From a virus (Duplodnaviria > Caudoviricetes): a stretch of 40,153 nucleotides of DNA. The notes under the pieces are model-generated. The model saw nothing but the letters and a program-made list of their open reading frames with translations. It ran no database searches and was not told the DNA's origin. Location: positions 1-40,153 of IMG/VR virus record IMGVR_UViG_3300037044_000263; one strand, written 5' to 3'. Numbering within the stretch: position 1 is the first letter of the stretch; every line of letters starts with the position of its first letter. Made by a program: the position numbers and the translations under genes. Positions 17,492 to 25,875 of the stretch are shown here, piece by piece.

Positions 17492-18842
17492 CAACCCGTT
17501 GGCACTGATTAAGACTTTCTTGCCGGAACAGGCGGCGGGGGCAGCCGAGAAGGCGGTGGCTCACCTGCCTGCCAAACGGCGGCTATCGAGTCCGCTGGTG
17601 CCGCTCGGGCAGTTCCCGGACCCGAAGCCGGAGGAGGAGAACCCCGCTGCGCTGTTCAAGCGGGGCTGGCTGCGCAAAGGCGGCGGCGCGTTCATCGTTG
17701 CGCCGTCGGGCGTGGGCAAGAGCGTTTTCACGGTGCAGGCCGCGATCTGCTGGTCGCTCGGCAAAGCGGCCTTCGGCGTGGAACCGGTGCGTCCGCTCAA
17801 GATCGCGGTGATCCAGGCGGAGGATGACCGCGAGGAGGTCGGCTACTTCCGCAACTGCGTGACGCGCGGGTTGGTGGACGAGTTCGGCTTCAGCGAGGCG
17901 GACATCCGGCTCGCGCTGGGTTGGGATGATCCATCAACCGCGCGGGTGTTCTTCCACAAGGCGGTCGGCAAGTGCGGGCAGGTGTTTGTCGAGGAGGTCG
18001 GGGCGCTGCTCGATGAGCGGCCCGACATCGACCTCGTGATCGTGAATCCCTTCCAGAGTTACTTCGGAGGGGATGTGAACAAGAACAACGAGCTGTCGGC
18101 CTTCTTCCGGATGTGGCTGGATCCTGAAATCAAAGATCCCGGCGACGGCGGCAATGACCGCGCGGCGGTGATGTTCATGCATCACACCAACAAGCCGCCG
18201 AACGCCAAGGAGCGCGAGGGCTGGGGCGTGGACATGTTCGCGGCGTACATCGGCGCGGGCGGCGCGGAGATCGTCAACTGGGCGCGTGCGATCCTCTCGC
18301 TCATGCCGACCAAGATCCCCGGCATGTTCCGGCTGTGCGCAGGCAAGCGCGGCCAGCGGTTGGGATGGGAAGACGTGAGCGGCAAGGCGAGCTACTGCAA
18401 GGTGCTGAAGCACGCGGAGAACGGAAACGTCTACTGGCGCGAGGGCACGCCGGAGGATGAGCGGGAACTGGGGATGACTGGTAATGGTGGGGATGGGGAC
18501 AAGGAGAAGGCCGACGGGAAGGCGGACCGGGGGATGATCGAGATGCTGCATGCCGTGGTTTGGGACCCTGGGCATGGGCCATACCATTACGCGGATGTCT
18601 TGTGCGCTGACAAGGAGGAGGGCGGACTCGGCGGGTCGCGCCAGACGGCACGCAACTATCTGTTCCAAATCACTGAAGGCGACCGTCGCGCGAGGCACGC
18701 GTGGGTTCAGGAAAAGGTCACTGATTTTGGCAGCCGGTTTTACCCGACCGAAGAGGGCCTGCGGGCGGCCATGGTGTACGGGGCGCGTCTCGACATGCGT
18801 GCTCTGTTCGGCAAGCAGACGGAAAAGGAGCCGGGTTTTTGA
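17484..18842 (+). CDS. RepA-like (AAA_25/SF4) replicative helicase
   Basis: Walker A APSGVGKS, IQAED, HHTNKP and NWARA motifs. Confidence 0.8.
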   Translation: MDSNPLALIKTFLPEQAAGAAEKAVAHLPAKRRLSSPLVPLGQFPDPKPEEENPAALFKRGWLRKGGGAFIVAPSGVGKSVFTVQAAICWSLGKAAFGVEPVRPLKIAVIQAEDDREEVGYFRNCVTRGLVDEFGFSEADIRLALGWDDPSTARVFFHKAVGKCGQVFVEEVGALLDERPDIDLVIVNPFQSYFGGDVNKNNELSAFFRMWLDPEIKDPGDGGNDRAAVMFMHHTNKPPNAKEREGWGVDMFAAYIGAGGAEIVNWARAILSLMPTKIPGMFRLCAGKRGQRLGWEDVSGKASYCKVLKHAENGNVYWREGTPEDERELGMTGNGGDGDKEKADGKADRGMIEMLHAVVWDPGHGPYHYADVLCADKEEGGLGGSRQTARNYLFQITEGDRRARHAWVQEKVTDFGSRFYPTEEGLRAAMVYGARLDMRALFGKQTEKEPGF

Positions 18843-18846
18843 GAAC

Positions 18847-18986
18847 GTCAAAGCATCAAAGTCATCAAAGTTTTGATGGTGATTATGACGCATCAAACCA
18901 TCAAAGCATCAAAACTCTCCTTTAGGAGAGGAGAGTTTTTGATGTGATGCTTTGATTGGGGGTTCGATGCGTAGGACTTTTGATGG
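18847..18986. repeat. Putative replication origin: CATCAAA iterons in direct and inverted orientation
   Basis: Five CATCAAA (18854, 18863, 18891, 18899, 18907) and several inverted TTTGAT(G) (18872, 18938, 18951, 18979) around an aaaactctcc/ggagagtttt palindrome, immediately after the helicase. Confidence 0.7.
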
Positions 18987-19012
18987 GTAGCGGGCAGAAA
19001 GAGAGGTGGACG

Positions 19013-19522
19013 ATGGGCATGATGTCACGAAGGAAGGGCGCGGCCGGCGAACGCGAGGCCGCCGAAAAACTGAACGAGGTGCTGGGCACCAAGTTCCACC
19101 GGGGGCGGCAGTACCACGGCGGGCCGGAGTCGCCGGATCTGGCGGGCGATCTGCCGGGGCTCCACCTGGAGGTGAAGCGCGTCGAGGCGCTGCGGCTCTA
19201 CCCGAGTTTGGAACAGGCGAGGCGGGATGCGGCCACGGACGAGGTTCCGGCGGTGATGCACCGCATGAACAAGAAGCCGTGGGTGGTGATCGTGTATGCC
19301 GATGACCTGATCCGGCTGCTGGACGTAGTGGATGAGTGCCGCGCCCGAGTGGGCGACGGCGGGGGAAAGGGGTTGGAGGTGGCGCCTGCCGCCACACACA
19401 CTGTGTTTTTGTGCCCCCCTTCCCCCCGCCCCCTTCCCCCTGATGAAGCAGGCGGGGATCAGGATTTTGCGGCTGGGCGCGGGAGCGCTCCAGCGGGTGT
19501 TAATGACAGGAAAGAAACTTAA
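19013..19522 (+). CDS. Putative Holliday junction resolvase (Hjc-like PD-(D/E)XK)
   Basis: SRRKGAAGERE, SPDL and LHLEVKR motifs; GAGG RBS. Confidence 0.72.
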   Translation: MGMMSRRKGAAGEREAAEKLNEVLGTKFHRGRQYHGGPESPDLAGDLPGLHLEVKRVEALRLYPSLEQARRDAATDEVPAVMHRMNKKPWVVIVYADDLIRLLDVVDECRARVGDGGGKGLEVAPAATHTVFLCPPSPRPLPPDEAGGDQDFAAGRGSAPAGVNDRKET

Positions 19523-19536
19523 CGGAGGTGAAGAGT

Positions 19537-20004
19537 ATGAATTGCAGTACCTGTGAATTCGCGGCGAAAATAAAGGAAGCCGAGCATGGTAGCATCCGGT
19601 ATGAAGACACGCCCTGCGCGTCTTGCAAGTTGACGGATGACAGCTCGCGGACGCTTGAGTATGTCGAGGGGCAGGCGGCGGGGCCGATGCGGTGGCCGCC
19701 GCCGGCGGAAACCGCCGGGTCGGACGTGCTGCCGCTCTCGGTGCTGGCGGAAGCCATGCGGGAATTTCTTGAGTTGCCACCGCGTACGTTCAGGATCCTA
19801 CAGCGCCGGAGGAAGGGTGACTCGTATGCGCTTATTGCGCATGAGCTTGAGGTAACGCCGCAGGCGGTCGAGGTTCAGTTGCGGCGGGCGCTAGAGGCGC
19901 ACCCGCATCTGAAAAACCTGCTGCCGGAGAAGGCCCGGCGGCAGGCGGCGCGGAAGCGCAAGCGCCTCAGCATGGCGAGGCGCGGAAAGACGGGAAACCT
20001 GTAG
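19537..20004 (+). CDS. Zn-finger + sigma-70 region-4-like HTH regulator (putative late activator)
   Basis: CSTC and CASC pairs; LPPRTFRIL...GDSYALIAHELEVTPQAV; GGAGG RBS; last gene of the early operon. Confidence 0.65.
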   Translation: MNCSTCEFAAKIKEAEHGSIRYEDTPCASCKLTDDSSRTLEYVEGQAAGPMRWPPPAETAGSDVLPLSVLAEAMREFLELPPRTFRILQRRRKGDSYALIAHELEVTPQAVEVQLRRALEAHPHLKNLLPEKARRQAARKRKRLSMARRGKTGNL

Positions 20005-20114
20005 ACTGTAGGATGATCCCCTGCCCTATTGGAAACGGGACCCGCGGCGGCTGGGTAAGCAGTCGCGGGGAATTTAGGCCGCGCCCCCAACGGGCGCGGC
20101 GGATTTTTGGGCGC

Positions 20115-20141
20115 AAAAAGGGCGGCCGGTGAAGGCCGCCC
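20115..20141 (-). terminator. Intrinsic terminator of the leftward cassette
   Basis: gggcggcc/ggccgccc stem followed on the minus strand by TTTTT, just after the stop at 20151. Confidence 0.7.
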
Positions 20142-20150
20142 GCGCGGGGT

Positions 20151-20573
20151 TCAATCGAGGAGTTCGCCGAGCCTCTTGGGCGTGAAATATAGGTCCAGTT
20201 CGGCGCCGTTCTCGAGTAGTTCAGTGATTGAGATGTAACCCGCTTCCGGTCCCATGCCGAGGTCGGCAACTCCGAAGGCCTGCACCTGGCCCGCGTGGTC
20301 GGGGTCGGCGTCCTTCTCCACGATCCACCAGTCGCAACCGCTGGTGAAGTAGTGAAGCTGTGCGAGTGCGGCACAACCTTGGCCGTCGGTCTCGTAGGTC
20401 TTGGGCATGGCCTGCCACATGGCGTGAATGCGGTCGATGAGTTCGATGAAGTGGTCGCCTTCCTCGCCGAGCATGGCGTCGGTGATGACCTCGAATTGCT
20501 GGGGGGTGGTCAACAGTTTGAGCGTGTCGAGTTCGTGGGGCTTTTCGGGTGGCGTGTAGCGTTTGCGCTTCAT
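20151..20573 (-). CDS. DUF2958-like protein
   Basis: LHYFT..CDWWIVEKD, AFGVADLGMGPEAGYISITEL and ELDLYF pattern; GAAAGG RBS. Confidence 0.65.
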   Translation of the reverse strand: MKRKRYTPPEKPHELDTLKLLTTPQQFEVITDAMLGEEGDHFIELIDRIHAMWQAMPKTYETDGQGCAALAQLHYFTSGCDWWIVEKDADPDHAGQVQAFGVADLGMGPEAGYISITELLENGAELDLYFTPKRLGELLD

Positions 20574-20593
20574 GGTGTGATTTCCTTTCGGGT

Positions 20594-20833
20594 TTAGGCG
20601 GGTTGGGCTTCGATCTCAAGCGGCAGGTTGCGCTCGTCGGCCATGCGTCCGGCAAGGGCGGCGGCGAACGCGAACGATTTGCGGACGGTGTACACCTTGC
20701 CGGCGGGCTCGCTGTCAGCGTCGGCGGCGTATACGTACCATTGCGGGATCTCGTCGCCGCTGACGCGGTCAACGTCGGCGTCGGGGCCTTCAAAACGGAT
20801 CTGGGTTGCCTTGGGTTTCTGTGTGGTGCTCAT
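20594..20833 (-). CDS. Hypothetical protein (79 aa)
   Basis: AGAAAGG RBS before ATG 20833; part of a tightly packed operon. Confidence 0.6.
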   Translation of the reverse strand: MSTTQKPKATQIRFEGPDADVDRVSGDEIPQWYVYAADADSEPAGKVYTVRKSFAFAAALAGRMADERNLPLEIEAQPA

Positions 20834-21100
20834 GGTGGCCTTTCTACCCGCGAACGATGCCCACGGGCGGGCGCGGTGTTTAGTCGGCGAGGGCGTCAAG
20901 CTGGGTCAAGTGATGCTTGGCGATTGAAATCGCTTCGCGGTAGCGCGTGCGGTTGGGCTCGCGCTCGTGGGCGATTGACAGGACGGTCTCAAGCTGATGC
21001 ATGAGGGCCTGCCACTTCTGATTGAATTCGGGATGCTTCGCGGGTGTGTTCATGGCTGCCTTTCTGCCCGCGCACGATGCCCACGGGCGGGCGCGTGTGC
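20831..21100 (-). repeat. Two copies of a ~50-bp intergenic element (20831-20880, 21051-21100)
   Basis: 41 of the first 45 nt are identical. Each copy spans stop-to-start and includes a GC hairpin, the RBS and the ATG. Confidence 0.9.
20880..21053 (-). CDS. Hypothetical protein (57 aa)
   Basis: AGAAAGG RBS before ATG 21053; flanked by the two repeat copies. Confidence 0.55.
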   Translation of the reverse strand: MNTPAKHPEFNQKWQALMHQLETVLSIAHEREPNRTRYREAISIAKHHLTQLDALAD

Positions 21101-21601
21101 TCATTCAAAAGCGACGAGGTTCTTTTCGCGCAGGCTGACATAGCCGGGGGTTTGCTCGCTGGGCCTGCCGCATATCACATGGTCAACGATGCGGATGCCG
21201 AGAATCTTCGCGGCTTCGACCAGTCGGCGGGTGATGTCGCAATCCTCCTTGCTGGGGGTCGGGTCGCCGCTGGGGTGGTTGTGGGCCAAAATCACGCTGG
21301 CCGCGCTCTGCCTCACGGCTTCGCGCATGACCTCGCGGGGATGTACGGGGCACTGGTCAAGCAGGCCTCGGCAACATTCGACCGGCGAGCCTATGACCTT
21401 GTTTTTCGTGTCGAGCAGGAGCGTGAAAAAGGTCTCCTGAGAGTCGCCGGACGTGGCGGCGGTCATGACCGGCCGCAACAGGCGGTAAGCGGTCTCGGGG
21501 TCGCGTACGGCGGGGTTCTTGACTGCCACATAGGCGGCGCATGCCTCCATCGCGGCGGCGTAGTCCATGGCGAGTGCGAGCGTGTCGGGGTTGCGTTTCA
21601 T
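21101..21601 (-). CDS. radC: RadC-like JAB/MPN domain protein
   Basis: QETF..LLLD, VHPREV, HNHPSGDPTPSKED and IVDHVI motifs. Confidence 0.9.
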   Translation of the reverse strand: MKRNPDTLALAMDYAAAMEACAAYVAVKNPAVRDPETAYRLLRPVMTAATSGDSQETFFTLLLDTKNKVIGSPVECCRGLLDQCPVHPREVMREAVRQSAASVILAHNHPSGDPTPSKEDCDITRRLVEAAKILGIRIVDHVICGRPSEQTPGYVSLREKNLVAFE

Positions 21602-21619
21602 GGTGTGGGCTCCTTTCTG

Positions 21620-22153
21620 TCAGTCGTACGGGTGGAAAGAGGCGTCGCCGAAAACAAGGCCGGTGCCGAATCCGAGGGCCTCTGAACAGGCGCGGATGGT
21701 GTTTCCGCTGGTGATTACGTTGTCGATGATGAAGGTGCGGCGGCAGGGTATGGGCTTGCCTTCCTTGCGCGTGATGTTGTGCTCGGCCACGCTCACGGGC
21801 GCGCCCTTGGTGCGGTGGCGGTCGCAGGCGCTCGGGGCGGGTTCGGTGCGTGTGAGGATGTCCAGAACGTCGGCCCCGCCTTTGACGTGGGCGGCGATAG
21901 CCTTCGCAAGTCTGCGGTTGGCGGTGGTGTCGCCGGTGTGGTCGGGGGCGGGTATGAGGTGGCAAGGCCCCCACACCAGCGCGGCCATTTCGGCGGCGGC
22001 TACCTGCAAAGCGGCCTCGGGGCAAGCGGGGTCTTTGAGCATGTAGGACAGGCCCCGCGTCTCGCGCTCGAACTGGTTCAGCGGGCGTGTGCGGGGTGAC
22101 ACGTAGCGGCGTGCTGCGCGTGTGGTGCGATACGGGTTAAACGTGGCGCTCAT
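21620..22153 (-). CDS. ComF-like phosphoribosyltransferase-fold protein
   Basis: LIPAP and PRPP-loop IIDNVITSGNTI; AGAAAGGA RBS before ATG 22153. Confidence 0.7.
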   Translation of the reverse strand: MSATFNPYRTTRAARRYVSPRTRPLNQFERETRGLSYMLKDPACPEAALQVAAAEMAALVWGPCHLIPAPDHTGDTTANRRLAKAIAAHVKGGADVLDILTRTEPAPSACDRHRTKGAPVSVAEHNITRKEGKPIPCRRTFIIDNVITSGNTIRACSEALGFGTGLVFGDASFHPYD

Positions 22154-22327
22154 GGTGTGTGTGTCCTTTCTGCGTAGCCTTGCCGGTCTCTCACACCCAA
22201 CGAGGTGTGACAAAACGTCTGCTCGTTGCTGAGTTCTGAATCCTCACTAGCGGCACCCGCCGCCGTGATCGCCAAACTCAAACCGGCCCTGCTCTGCAAT
22301 CTGTAAAGTTTCTGATTCATAACGCTG

Positions 22328-22384
22328 CCCTGTTCCTTGAGCCTTCATCCTCACCTGTACTCGGATGAAGGTCAGGGAACAGGG
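22328..22384. repeat. Long imperfect inverted repeat
   Basis: ccctgttccttgagccttcatcc / ggatgaaggtcagggaacaggg. Confidence 0.8.
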
Positions 22385-22905
22385 GAAGTTGTGCAGCGTT
22401 CAGAAACGGCGGATTGCAGACAGGACGGTGATGGCGTGTCCGGCACGTGGGGATTGCGGAAGCGGACGGTCAGGAGGGACGGATGACCGGGAGCCTGCCA
22501 CGAGACGCGCCGTGTGCAACGGGCATGACAAAGGCGGTAGCCCGCCGCCGCGAGTATTCGAAGCGTTGGCGTGACCGAGTGCAATGGCGCGGCGTCGGTG
22601 ACGGACTTAGGCATGAGTGGCGATCAAAGGCGGGAACGGGTGCCGCCGGGAGGGTTTGGGGGGAACCTCCCAAGCCGAGCCCCGCAGGGCTGCCGCGCAG
22701 CGGAACCCCGCGTGCAGTGAACGCGGGTGAAGCTGTAGAGCCGCATAATTTTGCGGCGTTATCCTTTTCCGAGTGAGCGGCTTTCGCCCCCGTTAGCGAC
22801 ACTTGCGGGAGGGATGCGGACTAGCCCGCTCGTGGCGCGTCGGGGCGCGAATGCGCGAGCGAGGATCACCGCGCTTAACTGGCGCGGTAGCTTACATTGA
22901 TGCTG

Positions 22906-24558
22906 GCCGGGCGCGGTCTGGCGGCAGCCGATGCTGACGGCGGATGTGCGGGCTGGGGCGTGTATCCACGCGCAAAGACCGCGCTCCGGCGGCACGGCTG
23001 CCACCGTCCGCGCCCGGCGCTGTGGCAGGCGCTCTGACGCAGGCGGCGGCTGCCACACTGGGGAAGTGGAATATGGCGGCGGGCGCGGCGGAATCCGAAA
23101 CGGCTTGCCGCCACGGTCGCTTGCGACTTTCGGAGTTCCGACGCGCCTTCCGCCGTGATGCCGCTGCGGCAAACGCCGGCGGTGACCGTACGGTACGGCG
23201 ATGGCTGTCGCACGGGCGCTGGGTCTTATCTTCCCGAAACGCCCGTGCGGCAAGCCATTGCCGTACCGTATGGCTGCGAAGCAGCGCCGCGCGTGATAGC
23301 CCGTGTCCATGCCCAGTGGCGGGCGCTCGACGCGAAGCGACGGCGGCTGCCACACTGGGCACACGGAAAATGGCGGCGTGCGCACAGGCACGCAAGGAGC
23401 CTGCGACGCTGCGGGCCGGTGCGCTGGCCGACGAAACGCCACTGCGGTAAGCGAGCGGCGGCGACCGTACCGGTCCGGATGACGGTCGGCTGCAACCAAG
23501 CGTAGCGACTGGCACCGCCCGGCAAGGCCTGCACACGTGCGCTAGGGATTATCATCCGCGCAACGCCGTGTGGCAGGCCGGTTCCGGAGCCGGTATGGCG
23601 TGCGAAGCACGCGCCGCGAGTGTGAGCGCGTGTCCGTGTTCGTGGCAGCCGTTAGGGATGCCACACTGGGAATTGGAAAGCGGCGGCGGGCCTGCCACAG
23701 CGACACCGCAACAAGCTTGCGCAGTGAGGATGGCGTGTGGCAGGCCTTCCGCCATGATGCCAACGCGTAACGCCCGCCGGTGACCGTACCGAAGAGCAAC
23801 GACGGTGATGCCTGGAGGTAACGCAGGCGGTCCTGTAGTCAGGCCGACTGCGTGGACGTAAGGCGTTCACCGGAAGGTGCGATGCAGGTATGGCGTGCGA
23901 ATGCACGCGGCGGAAGCGTGGAGCCCGTGGCCATGCGGGGCGTCTGGTATCGGGGGGAGCCGGCGAGATCGCCCCGCCTGTAGCCGGGCGGGGAAGCTCG
24001 ACGCGGGGGGGTGTGTCACCCGCCCCCAGTGGTTGTTCATCAGCTGTTCGTTGTTCCGGATCTGTTCATTACTCTGCGGGTGTAGGATGGGTCGCGGGAA
24101 GGAGAGGGCGCGGCGTGGCGGCAGCCGGCACTGACGGCGGGCGTGCGGGCTGGGGCGTGTATCCACGCGCAAAGCCCGCGCCCCGGCGGCACGGCTGCCA
24201 CCGCCCGCGCCCGGTGGCGTGGTGGCAGGCGCTCGACGCGAAGCGGCGGCGGCTGCCACACTGGGGATGTGAAATGCGGCGGCGAGCGCATCCGGCACGC
24301 AAGGAGCTTGCGACGCGGCGGCCGGTGCGCTGGCCGACAAGATGCCGCTGCGGCAAACGAGCGGCGGGGACCGTACCGGTCCGGATGCGGGCGGCTGCCA
24401 CCAAGCGGCAGCGACTGGCAACGCACGCAAGGCCTGCCACACGTGCGCCGGGTGGTATCTCCGCTCAACGCCGTGTGGCAGGCCGGTGCCGGAGCCGGTA
24501 TGGCGTGCGCAAGCACGCGCCGCGAGTGAGAGCCCGTGGCCGTGTCGTGTGGCAGCCG
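22906..24558 (+). ncRNA. Array of repeated structured elements (B1 22906-23018, A1 23047-23325, A2 23344-23651, A3 23657-23951, B2 24106-24212, A4 24250-24558); putative structured ncRNA or ssDNA elements
   Basis: Conserved blocks GCCACACTGGG, GACCGTAC and GTATGGC(G)TGCG in all four A units; terminal stems covary; G-U pairs read on the + strand; no credible ORF. The repeats are certain, but RNA status is inferred. Confidence 0.55.
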
Positions 24559-25157
24559 GCGAAGCGCAGCGGCGCGGCTGCCACAGGTGGGTAAGCCCGC
24601 GAAAACCGAGCAGGAGGCAGGAAGACGGGCGTGCGAGTCGCGCGAGCCGCCCGGCTGACTGCCGGATGCGCGGTGCCCGGAACCTGGAGCCCGAACGCTG
24701 CCCGAAGGGTGCCGCCGGGCTTAGGCGGCACCCGCTCCCCCCAGAACAGCCGCCGTCTTCACAATAGGCGGCTGTCGAGCCCCCGGAAAGCCAGCCTTAT
24801 GAGGGGGGTTCGCGGGGGTTCGGGGGCGGCGGGGGGAGCGGGCTGCCGGGCGGGCGATCAGGGCATCCGGGCGCGGGCGCGAGGGGTTCGGGGAAACGTC
24901 CCCGAGCCACTGCGTAGCGGAGCGGAGCCGTGCATGGGAACGCACTGCCCGTAGCCGGGCATGTGCGGAAGAAAAGGCCCCGGTGCGCGAACGAGGGGAC
25001 GGCGCCGGCACCCTCGGAAGCTCGGCGGTACTCCGCCGAGATCGCCGAGAGGTGCCAGAGCCGCCGAGGAGACAGCGTATCCGCTGGCTCCGAGGTCGCC
25101 CCGAGGCTCGCGCTGGGGCCGCTGGAGTGAGGGCGTGCTGACGAGGCCGAAGCCGCA

Positions 25158-25875
25158 GGCAGCCCGCTATCCTGCGGGCTGCCCGCCGCTATCCGCGGCG
25201 AAGTGCGGCGAGGCAGAGGAAGCATGCCCGAGCGTGTCAAGGGGGTTTGGGGGGATGTGCCCCCCTAGCCTACAGTATTGCGACGAGGGGGAAGCCAAGC
25301 TGCCCGTCTCCGCCCGCTATCTGCGGGCGTGGGCAGCGCAGGCTAGCCGGGGGACCCGGCCATCTCCGCCGCTATCCTGCGGCGTGGCCCGCCGCTGGCA
25401 GCGCCGCGCCCTGCCGACCAGCGAAGCGGGAGGCAGGGCTGTCTCCGGCGGTGCAGGCGGGCCGGCTGGGGCGGCGGCCCCCGAGGAGCTCTTGCTGGCC
25501 GGGAAGTACGACGCGGGGACACAACGGTCGTGCGGGCAAAGAGGCCTGCTTGCCCCGCGCTATCCTGCGCGGGGTGCAGGCCGATGCAGGGGCGCAGTGT
25601 CCGCCGCTATCCTGCGGCGTGCGCCCCGGTCGGGACGGGTTGAGGGCGTCGCGGCCTCGGATCGCCAAAAGGTCGCCCTGGCGACCGCCGTCATAGAAAC
25701 CCGGAACGCAGCCGCGCCTCCCCGCCCGCTATCCTGCGGGCGTGCGCGGCGTCGGTGGGTTCTCCTTCGGGCGAAGCCCGATTAAGGTGCCGTGTCCCCC
25801 GCCGCTATCCTGCGGCGGCGGCACCGGTGCGAGTGAGCCGCCCCCCTTTCCCCGCCCGCTATCCTGCGGGCGTGG
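25158..25875. repeat. Nine GC-TATC(C)(T)-GC hairpin repeats upstream of terS
   Basis: GCTATC at 25166, 25188, 25316, 25371, 25559, 25606, 25728, 25804 and 25858. Seven are exact GCTATCCTGC, each with complementary GC flanks. Confidence 0.92.

Noticed and set aside
12623-18896. Long minus-strand ORFs (482, 417, 286, 290, 320 aa)
   Set aside because: Antisense to clear replication genes; typical high-GC shadow ORFs.
23052-23062. GCCACACTGGG resembles a short 16S rRNA segment
   Set aside because: Only 11 nt, and no other rRNA-like sequence surrounds any of the four copies.
25158-25875. CRISPR array interpretation of the GCTATCCTGC repeats
   Set aside because: The repeat core is only 10-14 nt, spacing is highly irregular, and no cas genes are present.
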